A DNA stretch of 56,437 nt from Armatimonadota bacterium (GTDB lineage Bacteria; Vulcanimicrobiota; JACPDS01; JBDRKI01): positions 1-56,437 of the forward strand of contig JBDRKI010000032.1 in the NCBI GenBank assembly GCA_043814095.1, written 5' to 3'. Under the pieces are notes generated by a model. The model saw only the letters and a program-made list of their open reading frames with translations. It had not been told where the DNA came from and did no database searches. The first letter of the stretch is position 1. Each line of letters opens with the position of its first letter. The position numbers and the translations under genes were made by a program. Shown in pieces: positions 18,044 through 28,664 of the stretch.

Positions 18044-19021
18044 GTGACTTCTAAAATATTTTTAGCGTTTTTTATAGCTGTTGTTATAAGCCTTATAGGC
18101 GTACCGATTATAATTAAACTGGATAAATATTTTTCTCTGGGCAAAGTGATAAGGGACCATGGGCCGCGCAAGCATAAGAAAAAAGCCGGCACCCCGACAA
18201 TGGGCGGTATAGCCATTATAATAGCCATAATGAGCTCTCTTTTTCTTACAGGCATTAATGATCCCATGCCGATATTCGCGATGATAATGCTTTTCTTATT
18301 CGGTTTTATCGGTTTTATTGATGACTGGATATGCTATAGATTAAAAACTTCCGTGGGCCTTACCGCCCGCTATAAGCTTCTGCTCCAGATAATATTTGCC
18401 GTGGTAGTCGGCTACGGTGTATGGAGATTAGGTCATGATATAATCTCTCCTTTTTCTCTGAATACTACTAATATGTATCTCTATCTGGGATGGTTCGCGC
18501 TTATTGTCGTGGCAAGCTCTAATTCGGTTAATTTAACCGACGGGTTAGACGGCCTTGCGGCGGTGATTTACATAATATGTTCTTTCGCTTTCATGATAAT
18601 AGCTTTCGCGCAGGGCATGGATAATATGGCTATTATATCATCCGCGGCATGCGGGGCGTGTCTCGGTTTTTTATGGTATAACTTTTTTCCCGCGAAGATA
18701 TTTATGGGAGATGTGGGCTCGCTCGCGCTTGGCGCTCCTTTGGGATTCCAGGCCCTTTATACTAAAACAGAGCTTCTGCTTCCTTTTATAGCTGTTATTT
18801 TTGTCGCGGAGACACTCTCAGTTATAATTCAGGTTATTTATTTTAAAATAACAAAAGGCAAACGGATATTTAAAATGACGCCCCTGCACCATCATTTTGA
18901 ACTCAGCGGCGTGCATGAGGCCTTAATTACTTTCCGGTTTGCCATTGTAAATGCACTCTGTGCCGGCGCGACCCTGCTTCTTTACTACTGGATGGTCTTT
19001 AAAAGACTGCAAGCTCTTTAA
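18044..19021 (+). CDS. mraY: Phospho-MurNAc-pentapeptide transferase
   Basis: KAGTPTMGG, NLTDGLDGL, FMGDVGS, PLHHHFE; multi-TM. Confidence 0.96.
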   Translation: MTSKIFLAFFIAVVISLIGVPIIIKLDKYFSLGKVIRDHGPRKHKKKAGTPTMGGIAIIIAIMSSLFLTGINDPMPIFAMIMLFLFGFIGFIDDWICYRLKTSVGLTARYKLLLQIIFAVVVGYGVWRLGHDIISPFSLNTTNMYLYLGWFALIVVASSNSVNLTDGLDGLAAVIYIICSFAFMIIAFAQGMDNMAIISSAACGACLGFLWYNFFPAKIFMGDVGSLALGAPLGFQALYTKTELLLPFIAVIFVAETLSVIIQVIYFKITKGKRIFKMTPLHHHFELSGVHEALITFRFAIVNALCAGATLLLYYWMVFKRLQAL

Positions 19022-19078
19022 TAAATACCGGCACTTATAAGTAAGTCTTTATGTTTGATAAAAATGGGGGATTTTTTT

Positions 19079-20434
19079 ATGGTGGTTAAAAGTAAAAATA
19101 TAACCGTTGTCGGTTTAAGCAGGACAGGCATAGCCCTGGTTAAATACCTGCATAAATCAGGCGCGAATATATTTATAAGCGAATCAAAACCTTATGAAGA
19201 AATTCTGGATGTTCTAAAACAGATTAAAGATATTCCGGTAAAGGTAGAAGCAGGCGGTCATACCGATCTTGTTTTTAAAGATAAAGATCTTGTACTGTTA
19301 AGCCCGGGAGTGGATATAAATGATCCTGTTTTCGCAAGGGCCGCAAGATTCGTAGAGGTATTAAGCGAGATAGAATTCGCGTACCGCCAGTCAGCTTCAA
19401 AAATAATAGGCGTTACCGGGACTAACGGCAAATCCACCACAACCAAGTTGACTTATGAACTGCTGAAAAAAGCGGGTTTTGATACCGCTGTGGGCGGCAA
19501 TATAGGGAATCCGTTGATAGGCGAAGTTGAGGCCGTGAAAAACGGCGGTTTTCTTGTAAGCGAAGTCAGCACTTTCCAGCTGGAAGGCATCAAGGATTTT
19601 AAGCCCTTTATATCCTTTATTCTTAATATTACGCCTGATCATATAGACCGCCATAAATCCATGGGCAGTTATATAAGGTTAAAGAGCAGGATATTTGAAA
19701 ACCAGGATGAAGGCGATTATCTTATCTTAAATTATGATGATCCCAACTGCCGGGAGCTGGCGCTTCACGCGAAAAGCAGGGTGTATTTCTTTTCAAGGAC
19801 GCAGAAACTTTCAGAAGGCGCTTATTTAGACGGTGATAAAATTTATTTTAAAGAAGAATCTTTACCCGCGGTTGAGGTCATTAAGACAGAAGATATACCG
19901 GTTAAGGGCGTTCATAACATTGAGAACGTGCTTGCAGTATCCTGCGTTTTAAAAATTTTAAATATAGACAAAAACATTTTTAAAAAGGGCTTAAAAGATT
20001 TTAAGCCCCTGCGGCACAGAATGGAATTCGTGCGAGAGATAAAAGGCGTTAAATTTTATGATGATTCAAAGGGCACAAATCCCGCGTGTGTAATGGCGGC
20101 TCTTAATTCATTTTCAGAGCCTGTTATATTAATAGCAGGCGGCAGGCCCAAAGAGACTGATTTTCTGCCGATGGCTGAGCTTATTGCAGAAAAGGTTAAA
20201 TATCTTGTGCTGATAGGTGAGGCCAAAGACCTGCTTGAGGAAAAAGTCATGCGGTTTAGAAAGATACCGGTTTACAAAACAGATAATTTTGAAGAGGCCC
20301 TGAGGCACGCTCATAAAATTTCTTCTAAAGGGGATGTAGTACTGCTTTCTCCCGCGTGTACAAGTTTTGATATGTTTAAAAACGCGGAAGAGAGGGGAGA
20401 CCGTTTTCAGGAAATAGTAAATAATCTGGAATAG
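19079..20434 (+). CDS. murD: UDP-MurNAc-L-Ala:D-Glu ligase
   Basis: SPGV, GVTGTNGKSTT, GGNIG, DHIDRH, DDSKGTN, LSPACTSFD; start reassigned to ATG 19079. Confidence 0.96.
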   Translation: MVVKSKNITVVGLSRTGIALVKYLHKSGANIFISESKPYEEILDVLKQIKDIPVKVEAGGHTDLVFKDKDLVLLSPGVDINDPVFARAARFVEVLSEIEFAYRQSASKIIGVTGTNGKSTTTKLTYELLKKAGFDTAVGGNIGNPLIGEVEAVKNGGFLVSEVSTFQLEGIKDFKPFISFILNITPDHIDRHKSMGSYIRLKSRIFENQDEGDYLILNYDDPNCRELALHAKSRVYFFSRTQKLSEGAYLDGDKIYFKEESLPAVEVIKTEDIPVKGVHNIENVLAVSCVLKILNIDKNIFKKGLKDFKPLRHRMEFVREIKGVKFYDDSKGTNPACVMAALNSFSEPVILIAGGRPKETDFLPMAELIAEKVKYLVLIGEAKDLLEEKVMRFRKIPVYKTDNFEEALRHAHKISSKGDVVLLSPACTSFDMFKNAEERGDRFQEIVNNLE

Positions 20435-20440
20435 GATGTT

Positions 20441-21580
20441 ATGGAAAAGAATCAAGTTATTAATAAGAATACAACAGGGAAGATGGATATATGGCTTCTT
20501 ATGTTTGTTCTTGCGTTGGTTACGCTCGGATTGATGATAGTTTTTAGCGCGAGTTCGGTAAGCTCCGACGCATCTTCCCGTTTCAGCCATGATGTTTTTT
20601 ATTTTTTTAAGAGACAGCTTCTTTGGATTGTAATAGGTTTTATAGGCCTTATTATCGCTCTTAACCTTGATATTATGAAACTTAGAAAATATTCCGTACT
20701 CATAATTTTAGGCTCTGCGGCTTTGCTTGTAATAGTGTTAATCCCGGGTATCGGTACATGCGTCTCCGGCGCGAGGCGGTGGATTATATTCGGGCCTTTT
20801 AGCTTTCAGCCGTCGGAATTCGCAAAGATAGCCATTGTTTTTTATCTGGCTGATTTTATAACCAGGCGGCAGGACAATTTTAAACAGTTAAAGGGCATAT
20901 TCATTCCCGCGGTTATTTTAATGATTATCTGCGGGTTGATAGAACTCGAGCCGGATCTGGGCACTAATCTGGTTATAGCGGGAACATTTTTTGCTTTGAT
21001 ATTTATGGCGGGGTTTCCGTTGAAATATATATTAGGCTTGTTCGGAATAGGCGTATTAGCCGTGGGCATAGGGATTTTAAGCGAAGGGTACAGGATAAAA
21101 AGGATGATGGCCTTCATTAATCCGTGGAAGGACCCGTTGGGTACCGGTTACCATACCATACAATCGCTTATCGCCCTTGGCTCGGGGGGTATTTTCGGCG
21201 TGGGACTCGGCCAGTCCAGGCAGAAGTTTTTTTATCTTCCGGAACAGCATACCGATTTTATTTTCGCTATTCTGGGAGAAGAGCTCGGTCTTATGGGGAC
21301 GCTTCTGGTTATATCACTCTTTCTGTTTATTATGTACAGAGGATTTAAGATATCTCTCCAGGCGAAGCATCCTTTTTACAGGCTGCTGGGCGCGGGTGTA
21401 ACCTTTATGATTACCCTGCAGGCATTTATAAATATGGGTGTTGTTACGGCTATCCTGCCGGCTACGGGCATACCTCTGCCTTTTATAAGTTTTGGCGGCA
21501 GTTCTATGTTTTTTAACCTGTTCTGTATAGGAATTTTATTGAATATATCGAAGCATTCAATGTTCGCGGATAAACTTTAA
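20441..21580 (+). CDS. ftsW: SEDS peptidoglycan polymerase FtsW
   Basis: GARRW, FQPSEFAK, EPDLG, LPEQHTDFIF, LPFISFGGS. Confidence 0.95.
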   Translation: MEKNQVINKNTTGKMDIWLLMFVLALVTLGLMIVFSASSVSSDASSRFSHDVFYFFKRQLLWIVIGFIGLIIALNLDIMKLRKYSVLIILGSAALLVIVLIPGIGTCVSGARRWIIFGPFSFQPSEFAKIAIVFYLADFITRRQDNFKQLKGIFIPAVILMIICGLIELEPDLGTNLVIAGTFFALIFMAGFPLKYILGLFGIGVLAVGIGILSEGYRIKRMMAFINPWKDPLGTGYHTIQSLIALGSGGIFGVGLGQSRQKFFYLPEQHTDFIFAILGEELGLMGTLLVISLFLFIMYRGFKISLQAKHPFYRLLGAGVTFMITLQAFINMGVVTAILPATGIPLPFISFGGSSMFFNLFCIGILLNISKHSMFADKL

Positions 21581-21593
21581 GGATCTTATTAAT

Positions 21594-22724
21594 ATGAAAA
21601 GTAAAAATATTTTTGTAACGGGCGGGGGTACGGGGGGGCACCTTTATCCCGCCATGGTTGTAGGCAAAGCTTTGAAGGCCCAGGGCTATAATGTTATATA
21701 TATAGGTTCAGGTTGGGGGGTAGAGTCAAAAATTATTCCCGAACAGACTGATTTTAAATTTTTTAAGATAAGAGTTCAAGGCTTAAGAGGCAGCATAATA
21801 GACAAATTTTTTGCTTTTGTTTATCTTTTTATCAGCATAATAAAGATGTTTTTTCTTACCCTTATATATAACCCGGTATTTGTAGTGGGAACAGGAGGGT
21901 ACGTAAGCGCCCCTGTTGTTATTGCGGGTTTTCTTTGCGGGAGGAATGTTTTTCTTCTTGAGCAGAACTATTTGCCCGGCAAGACAACAAAATTTCTTGC
22001 TCATTTTTCCAAAAAAATATTTGTAAGCTTCCCGGAGACTTTAAAAAAACTTGATCCTTCCAAAGGAGTTTTTACGGGCAACCCGGTAAGAGAAGATATT
22101 TTAAAGTACTCAAAAGACGAAGCCCGGGAAAAATTAAATTTAGATAAAGACAAAACAACAATCCTTATAACAGGCGCGAGCCAGGGAGCCCGGAGCATAA
22201 ATAAAGCCGTTGTTAATGCGTTAGAGGGCTGGAAAAACAATAACTGGCAGATAATACATTTAACGGGCGATAAGAACTACGATTATGTGGTGAGTAAAAC
22301 AAAAGATGCTCTTGAATCCTCAGTTTTAAAATATATACCCCTTGCTTATATGGAGGATATCTGTCTCGCGTATGCGGCGGCCGATATTGCAATCTGCAGG
22401 ACAGGCGCCACCACAATAGCCGAGCTTACCTTAAAAGGGCTTCCTTCGGTTCTTATCCCTTATCCTTACGCGGCTGAGAACCACCAGTATTATAACGCGC
22501 TGTTTCTTGAAAAAAACGGTGCCGGGGTGATTATTGAAGATAAAAACCTGGATAAAGAATTTATAAAAAAAGTAGAAAATATTATTTTAAACAAGGATAA
22601 ATTAGAACAAATGTCTAAAAATGCATTAAGACTCGGTAACCCGCACGCTTTGGATAATATAGTATCCGAGATTAAAAAGCTGCGGGAAGATGGAGATAAA
22701 AATGTTAAAAGTTGCGGTAGTTAG
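21594..22724 (+). CDS. murG: Lipid II synthase MurG
   Basis: GGGTGGHLYP, GTGGYVS, EQN, TGNPVR, GASQGA, HQYYNA. Confidence 0.96.
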   Translation: MKSKNIFVTGGGTGGHLYPAMVVGKALKAQGYNVIYIGSGWGVESKIIPEQTDFKFFKIRVQGLRGSIIDKFFAFVYLFISIIKMFFLTLIYNPVFVVGTGGYVSAPVVIAGFLCGRNVFLLEQNYLPGKTTKFLAHFSKKIFVSFPETLKKLDPSKGVFTGNPVREDILKYSKDEAREKLNLDKDKTTILITGASQGARSINKAVVNALEGWKNNNWQIIHLTGDKNYDYVVSKTKDALESSVLKYIPLAYMEDICLAYAAADIAICRTGATTIAELTLKGLPSVLIPYPYAAENHQYYNALFLEKNGAGVIIEDKNLDKEFIKKVENIILNKDKLEQMSKNALRLGNPHALDNIVSEIKKLREDGDKNVKSCGS

Positions 22725-23670
22725 AGGCGGCAGATCCCCTGAGCGTGAAGTTTCACTCTGTTCGGGAGAGAACGCGGCCATAGCTTTAAAACAGGCCGGC
22801 TATAATATTGTTGAGATGGACGGTGATGAGAATATTGTAGAGAACCTGCGCAGGGAAGCCGTTGATGTTGTCTTTATAGCTCTGCACGGCCAGTACGGCG
22901 AGGACGGCACTCTTCAGGGCCTCTTGGAATTTATGGATATACCCTATACCGGCAGCGGTGTTATGGCATCCAGTCTTGCCATGAATAAAATAAAAACCAA
23001 AGAGATTTTCAGAAGCAATGATATACCCACCCCGAAGTGGTTTACAATTACCAATGATTTATATAAAACATCGGGGAAAGAATATATGCTTAAAGTTGTA
23101 AAAGAAAAGAAAATTAAGTACCCGGTAATGATTAAACCGGCCGATCTGGGCTCAAGCATAGGAGTTACAAAAGCTTTTAATGAAGAAGATTTGATTAAAG
23201 GCGCAGACAAAGCTTTTTTATATGACTCTGAAGTGCTTCTGGAGGAGTTTATCCCCGGCATGGAATTAAGCGTGCCTGTTTACGGGATAAATCCGCCCCG
23301 GGCCCTCCCTGTTATAGAGATTATACCCAAAGGTGAATTTTATACCTATGAGACTAAATATGAGGACGGGATGAGCACCCATATTATACCTGCCAGGGTA
23401 GATGAAGAAATTTATAAAGCGGCTCAGGACCTGGCTCTCTCCGCTTATAATTCTCTGCGCTGCTACAGTTTCGCCAGAGTGGATATCATGGTTTCTTCAG
23501 AAGGCAAATTATATGTTCTTGAAGTAAACACAATTCCCGGCATGACGAAAACATCGCTACTTCCCGAGTCCGCGTTAAAGGAAGGAATAACCTTTGTGGA
23601 AATAGTCGATAACCTTGTTAAATGGTCCGTGGCAAGGCATAAAAACGAGAAGCTGTATAACATAAAATAA
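22702..23670 (+). CDS. ddl: D-alanine-D-alanine ligase
   Basis: GGRSPEREVS, LHGQYGEDG, GSSIG, FYTYETKY omega loop (Tyr type), LEVNTIPGMT; ATG 22702 has GGAG SD. Confidence 0.95.
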   Translation: MLKVAVVRGGRSPEREVSLCSGENAAIALKQAGYNIVEMDGDENIVENLRREAVDVVFIALHGQYGEDGTLQGLLEFMDIPYTGSGVMASSLAMNKIKTKEIFRSNDIPTPKWFTITNDLYKTSGKEYMLKVVKEKKIKYPVMIKPADLGSSIGVTKAFNEEDLIKGADKAFLYDSEVLLEEFIPGMELSVPVYGINPPRALPVIEIIPKGEFYTYETKYEDGMSTHIIPARVDEEIYKAAQDLALSAYNSLRCYSFARVDIMVSSEGKLYVLEVNTIPGMTKTSLLPESALKEGITFVEIVDNLVKWSVARHKNEKLYNIK

Positions 23671-23694
23671 TTTTTAAGTGAGTGAGAGTTATTT

Positions 23695-24435
23695 ATGGCC
23701 GTAAAAAGACGTAAAAAGAAAATAAAAAAGAAACTTAATAATACCGCGTTATTTATTATTTCAATATTTATTATCGCGCAGCTTCTTTTCTTTACCTCAC
23801 CTATTTTCCATATTGAATCAATAGATATCGTGGGAGATCCGCGCATTATGCAGAGCAATATGCTTGAGAGTTTAAACGCTATTAAAGGCAAGCACTTGTT
23901 TTTGATTAAATTAAAAGAAATAAGGTCAAGCTTTCAGAGTATTGTCTGGATCAAGGATATAGCCGTTTCATATAAGTTTCCAGGTAAGTTAAAAATATAT
24001 ATTAAGAATAAAAAACCTTATGCTTATGTGCGCACAGAGGGGAAGAAGCAGTGGTACGGCATTACATCCGAGGGAGACGTAATGCATAAGGTTGGAAAAC
24101 CCGAAGGCATATTAAAAATAGTTCTTGATTCTTCCGTTGCCGAGAGTTCTAAAATTGATTCGGTAACTTTGACGAATTCAAGGAAAATATACCAGAGTCT
24201 TCCCGATAAATTCAGGGATAAGTTAAACTATATCAGGGTAAATTCGCTTGACGAATACAGCTTAAACGGCGGTTTTATAGGATATAATACCGATATTAAA
24301 GTCGGGAATCTGGAAGATTTGGATTACAAGATAAATCTGCTTTCCCATATACTGGATAAAACCGTTGATTTAGACAAAGAAATATTATATATTGATTTAA
24401 GATATGAACAACCCGTAATAAAAGTGAAGCATTAA
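23695..24435 (+). CDS. ftsQ: Cell division protein FtsQ/DivIB
   Basis: Basic N-terminus, TM, POTRA-like (WIK..V..KFP), C-terminal YIDLRY. Confidence 0.85.
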   Translation: MAVKRRKKKIKKKLNNTALFIISIFIIAQLLFFTSPIFHIESIDIVGDPRIMQSNMLESLNAIKGKHLFLIKLKEIRSSFQSIVWIKDIAVSYKFPGKLKIYIKNKKPYAYVRTEGKKQWYGITSEGDVMHKVGKPEGILKIVLDSSVAESSKIDSVTLTNSRKIYQSLPDKFRDKLNYIRVNSLDEYSLNGGFIGYNTDIKVGNLEDLDYKINLLSHILDKTVDLDKEILYIDLRYEQPVIKVKH

Positions 24436-24444
24436 GGTATTATT

Positions 24445-25179
24445 ATGAAAGACAAGAGCAAATTTTCGTGGGACACATCATTAATAGTATGCTGTATAAT
24501 ACTGGGGGTTTTAATATCCCTCCAGTTTAAAACCCAGAAGAAAGAGGGGTTTCCTTTAAACTTAAGAAAAACCGAAGAACTTGTTAAGATTATAAACAAC
24601 CTGGAAAGAGAAAGAAACAAGCTGAAAGCGGATCTTACTCTTACGCGCAAACAGATGGAAGATTATGAAAAAAGCGCGAGCCAGGGCATGTCAACACTGG
24701 AGCTTCTCCAGAATCAGATATCCCAGATAAGACTTGAAGCGGGTTATGTGCCCGTGCAGGGCCCGGGGATCGTCGTAATTTTAAATGATTCTCCGGGCGC
24801 TCCCAAGCCGGGTGAAGATCCTTACTTTTTTCTTGTTCATGATACGGATCTTCAGGTGTTGGTCAGTGAATTATGGGGAAGCAACGCGGAAGCCATATCT
24901 ATTAATGACCAGCGCATAGTATATAACACCGCCATAAGATGCGTGGGGCCCACGATATGCATTAACAGCAAAAGACTGCAGGCGCCTTATGTGGTTGCAG
25001 CCATAGGGCCCACGAACGATATGGAAGTTGCGCTGAAGATGCCCGGCGGCTTTATTGACAGCCGGGCCCTTAGCATAAAAAACGGCGTCAGGATAAAAAT
25101 TTTCACAAAAGATAATATCACAGTTCCGGCCTATACGGGAAGTTTCTCGTTCAGGTACGCGAAACCCGTAGAAGAGTAA
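24445..25179 (+). CDS. DUF881 family protein
   Basis: TM plus coiled coil, V.GPG..V.LND, LVHD.DL..LV.EL...AEAISINDQR, PY...AIG. Confidence 0.9.
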   Translation: MKDKSKFSWDTSLIVCCIILGVLISLQFKTQKKEGFPLNLRKTEELVKIINNLERERNKLKADLTLTRKQMEDYEKSASQGMSTLELLQNQISQIRLEAGYVPVQGPGIVVILNDSPGAPKPGEDPYFFLVHDTDLQVLVSELWGSNAEAISINDQRIVYNTAIRCVGPTICINSKRLQAPYVVAAIGPTNDMEVALKMPGGFIDSRALSIKNGVRIKIFTKDNITVPAYTGSFSFRYAKPVEE

Positions 25180-25194
25180 TTAAGGGGATTAATT

Positions 25195-25569
25195 ATGCTG
25201 GGAATAATTTTAGGATTGTTTTTGGGAATACTTATAGGGATTATCATGCCGTATGAATTCCCCTATATTTACGCAAGATATATATCCTGCGCTTTCCTGG
25301 CGGCTTTTGATTCTGTTCTCGGGGCCGTAAGGTCGCGCCTTGAAGATAAATTTGATTTTAATGTTTTCATGACGGGATTTGTCGCTAACACTATTTTAGC
25401 GGGGCTCCTTACATTTATAGGAGACAAACTGGGCGTGGAGCTTTACCTGGCCGCGGTTCTTACTTTCGGGATGCGCATCTTTAATAATTTAGGCACCATC
25501 AGGGTAGATCTTTTAAATCAGAGGAAAAACAAAACCGGCGCGGTAAAAAATACGGAGCAAAATATTTAA
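25195..25569 (+). CDS. sbp: Small basic protein (DUF1290)
   Basis: LAAFDSVLGAVR, GD.LGV.LYLAA...FG.RIF.NL; position before ftsA. Confidence 0.88.
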   Translation: MLGIILGLFLGILIGIIMPYEFPYIYARYISCAFLAAFDSVLGAVRSRLEDKFDFNVFMTGFVANTILAGLLTFIGDKLGVELYLAAVLTFGMRIFNNLGTIRVDLLNQRKNKTGAVKNTEQNI

Positions 25570-25584
25570 TAAAGAGGTATATAT

Positions 25585-26829
25585 ATGCCAAGGCATGACA
25601 TCGTAACGGCATTAGAAATCGGGAGCAGTAAGATATGCTGTCTTGTGGGCGAAGTTAACGAAGATAAAGACGTGGAAATAATAGGGAAGGGGTACTCTTC
25701 TTCAAGAGGCGTTAAAAAGGGCGTAATAACCGATATAGACGAAGTTGTAAGATCAATAGAGATCGCGGTTATGGAAGCGGAGAAGGTCGCGGGTTTTGAG
25801 CTGGGTTCTGTTTTTACCGGAGTTAAAAACAGCAGTGTGGCTTCATTTAATAAAAGTTTCTCGGTGAGTTTCAGCCATCACGATAAAGTTGTAAATGATG
25901 GAGATGTTAAAAAGCTTATAGATCAAGCCAGGGGTTTGAACCTCTCCGAGCAGAGAAAAATAATGCGTGTTGTATCAAGGGGATTTACTCTTGACGGTAC
26001 GGCAAATGACATAAGAAATCCTGTCGGTATGCACGGTTCATCTTTGGCCGTAGATACCCATATTATTACAGGCATGGACGCGCAGCTTAAAAATATTGCT
26101 AAAGTTATTAAAATGTCTGATCTGGAACTTGACCCCGAGGGCTTGATTTTTGAACCTCTTGCAACGGCTCTCTCGCTTTTATCTCCGGAAGAAAAAGATG
26201 TAGGCACCGTGCTTATTGATATAGGCGCGGGAACAACCGATGTTATTGTTTATAAGAAAGGATATGTGCTTGATTCATATATACTGCCCATAGGCGGTAA
26301 TCATATAACTTATGATATAGGCGTAGCGAAAAAAGTTCCTCTTTCAGAGGCGGAGAGATTGAAAATTTCATACGGCTGCGCTCTTGCTGATGGATTTTCA
26401 GACAGTGATGAACAGATTAACGCTGCTTCATTTGCGTATAAAGATCCCGTTAAAATAAGCAGAAATAAATTAATAGAAATAGTATATTATAGATTAGCGG
26501 AGATATTTGAGCATATAAAGAAGAAAGTTGACAAATACGCCGAAAATGGTATATATTTAGCTGGAGTAGTGTTAACGGGCGGTGTTGCCCTTACACCGGA
26601 CATTGATAAACTGTCTGAAAAGATACTGGAACTTCCCGCAAGAATAGGATACCCCTTAGAACTTAGGGGTTTAACCGATATCGTAAAAAATCCCATGTAT
26701 TCGGCAGCGGTAGGGCTTCTTCTTAAAGGAGCCCAAAAGAAGTCACAGAGCACAAACGCCAAGACTGAAAAAGTGAAAATTAAAGGATATTTTCAGAAGT
26801 TGTTTAACTGGTTAAGTGAGATTTTCTAA
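25585..26829 (+). CDS. ftsA: Cell division protein FtsA
   Basis: EIGSSKI, PVGMHG, DIGAGTT, AERLK, VLTGG, C-terminal amphipathic helix. Confidence 0.96.
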   Translation: MPRHDIVTALEIGSSKICCLVGEVNEDKDVEIIGKGYSSSRGVKKGVITDIDEVVRSIEIAVMEAEKVAGFELGSVFTGVKNSSVASFNKSFSVSFSHHDKVVNDGDVKKLIDQARGLNLSEQRKIMRVVSRGFTLDGTANDIRNPVGMHGSSLAVDTHIITGMDAQLKNIAKVIKMSDLELDPEGLIFEPLATALSLLSPEEKDVGTVLIDIGAGTTDVIVYKKGYVLDSYILPIGGNHITYDIGVAKKVPLSEAERLKISYGCALADGFSDSDEQINAASFAYKDPVKISRNKLIEIVYYRLAEIFEHIKKKVDKYAENGIYLAGVVLTGGVALTPDIDKLSEKILELPARIGYPLELRGLTDIVKNPMYSAAVGLLLKGAQKKSQSTNAKTEKVKIKGYFQKLFNWLSEIF

Positions 26830-26878
26830 AAAGAGATTATATCGACAGGTAAAATTTTAAAATATAAAAAAATGGAGG

Positions 26879-28015
26879 GTGTCAATGGAAGAAAGAAATG
26901 ATCAGGAAAGAAATGACAGGGAACAAACAAGCAAAGAGAATATTTCGGAAACGCAATTTTTAGGCAGAACGAACTTAGAGCAGTTTGCCGGCATAAAAGT
27001 AATCGGTGTCGGCGGCGCAGGATGTAACGCTGTAAGCAGAATGATCCAGGTCGGGTTAAGAGGTGTGGAATTTATAGCCATTAACACAGATGCCCAGGCA
27101 CTGTTCTTATGCGATGCGGATCAGAGAATACATATAGGCGGCAGTGTTACAAAAGGTTTAGGCGCGGGTTCCGATCCTACGGTCGGCAAAAAAGCGATTG
27201 AAGAAAATACCGAAGAGATACTGCAGGCCATAGAAGGCGCGGATATGGTATTTATTACCGCGGGCATGGGCGGAGGAACAGGAACAGGCGCTTCCCCTGT
27301 AGTGGCCGAACTCGCACGCCAGGTCGGCGCGCTTACTGTTGCGGTTGTAACCAAGCCGTTCACCTTTGAAGGCAAAATGCGCCAGATAATGGCTGAACGC
27401 GGCATTGAAGAATTAGAGCAAAAAGTTGACACCATGATTACAATACCCAATGACAGACTTCTGCAGGTTGTTGATAAAAAGACTCCCCTTATAGATTCCT
27501 TCAGAGTTGCCGATGATGTTTTAAGGCAGGGCGTACAGGGTATCTCTGACCTTATAACAATACCGGGATTAATAAACCTTGACTTTGCTGATATTCAGAC
27601 AGTAATGTCTAACGCAGGCTCCGCGTTGATGGGTATAGGTACCGGTATCGGCGAGACCAGAGCTATTGATGCGGCCAGAATGGCGGTTGCTTCACCTCTG
27701 CTTGAAACTTCCGTTGAAGGCGCAAGAGGAGTACTGTTCAATATCACCGGCGGCAAAGACCTGTCGCTTGTTGAAGTCAATGAAGCGGCTGAAGTCATAT
27801 CCCGCGCCGTTGATCCTGAAGCAAGAATTATCTTTGGTGCGGTAATTGACGAAAAAATGCAGGATGAAGTTAAGATTACGGTACTGGCTACAGGCTTCTT
27901 AAACGGAAAAGACGGCAAGGAACAGAAAGGCTTCCTTGAACTTAAAGAGCATGTTGATATCCAGCCTGTTGCGTCAACTGAACTTGATATCCCGGCGTTT
28001 TTAAGGAAAAAATAA
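26879..28015 (+). CDS. ftsZ: Cell division protein FtsZ
   Basis: [29 protein letters not shown] tail. Confidence 0.98.
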   Translation: MSMEERNDQERNDREQTSKENISETQFLGRTNLEQFAGIKVIGVGGAGCNAVSRMIQVGLRGVEFIAINTDAQALFLCDADQRIHIGGSVTKGLGAGSDPTVGKKAIEENTEEILQAIEGADMVFITAGMGGGTGTGASPVVAELARQVGALTVAVVTKPFTFEGKMRQIMAERGIEELEQKVDTMITIPNDRLLQVVDKKTPLIDSFRVADDVLRQGVQGISDLITIPGLINLDFADIQTVMSNAGSALMGIGTGIGETRAIDAARMAVASPLLETSVEGARGVLFNITGGKDLSLVEVNEAAEVISRAVDPEARIIFGAVIDEKMQDEVKITVLATGFLNGKDGKEQKGFLELKEHVDIQPVASTELDIPAFLRKK

Positions 28016-28064
28016 TAAATAAAAACGATAAAATAAAAATAGTAAATAGAATAACTGTGTGATT

Positions 28065-28103
28065 TGTAAAAAAGAGGCATCAGACCGGTGCCTCTTTTTT
28101 ACA
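28065..28103 (+). terminator. Intrinsic terminator after ftsZ
   Basis: TGTAAAAAAGAGGCAT / GTGCCTCTTTTTTACA inverted repeat. Confidence 0.85.
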
Positions 28104-28138
28104 GAAGGGATAACCCGAAAAAAGGGGAAGAAATATTT

Positions 28139-28660
28139 ATGAAATGTCCGTTTTGTCATTTTAGAGACAGTAAGGTTCTTGATTCGCGCATAGCGGAAGA
28201 AGGCGATACCATAAGGAGACGCCGGCTATGTATAAAGTGTTCAAGACGCTTTACGACATATGAGCGTTATGAAGCTACACCCCTTATGGTTATTAAGAAA
28301 GATAAAAGAAGGGAGCCTTTTGACCGCCAGAAGGTATTAAACGGTCTTTTAAAAGCGACGGAAAAAAGACCCATAAGCCTTCATAAACTGGAACAGCTGG
28401 TAGAAGGCATTGAAAGACAAATCCGCTCCCGCTCAGACGGGGAAATATCCTCAATTGAAGTGGGGAAGCTGGTTATGGAGAGTTTAAGGGATCTAGATGA
28501 GGTCGCCTATATAAGGTTTGCTTCCGTGTATAAAGAGTTTAAAGACATAGACAGATTTATAGAAGAGCTGGAGAATCTGGAAATGACAAAGCAGAATGAT
28601 GTCCCGGGCAAGACTAAATTTGAGCAGGCGCGTCTTCCGCTTGAAGAGGAGAAAGAATAA
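28139..28660 (+). CDS. nrdR: Transcriptional repressor NrdR
   Basis: MKCPFC, DSR, RRRR.C..C..RFTTYE, ATP cone, AYIRFASVY; start reassigned to ATG 28139. Confidence 0.97.
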   Translation: MKCPFCHFRDSKVLDSRIAEEGDTIRRRRLCIKCSRRFTTYERYEATPLMVIKKDKRREPFDRQKVLNGLLKATEKRPISLHKLEQLVEGIERQIRSRSDGEISSIEVGKLVMESLRDLDEVAYIRFASVYKEFKDIDRFIEELENLEMTKQNDVPGKTKFEQARLPLEEEKE

Positions 28661-28664
28661 GAAT

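Noticed and set aside
13422-25569. Sporulation genes (spoVD, spoVE) suggested by Firmicutes-like order
   Set aside because: Single PBP and single SEDS gene fit ftsI/ftsW; no spoIIGA/sigE after ftsZ.
28010-28055. A-rich stretch after ftsZ
   Set aside because: Low-complexity spacer before the terminator; no periodic structure.
28088-28138. N-terminal extension of nrdR (similarly 13347 for ftsI, 28596 for EndoQ, 39321 for the small partner gene)
   Set aside because: These starts fall in terminators or upstream genes; downstream ATGs fit family N-termini and SD positions.
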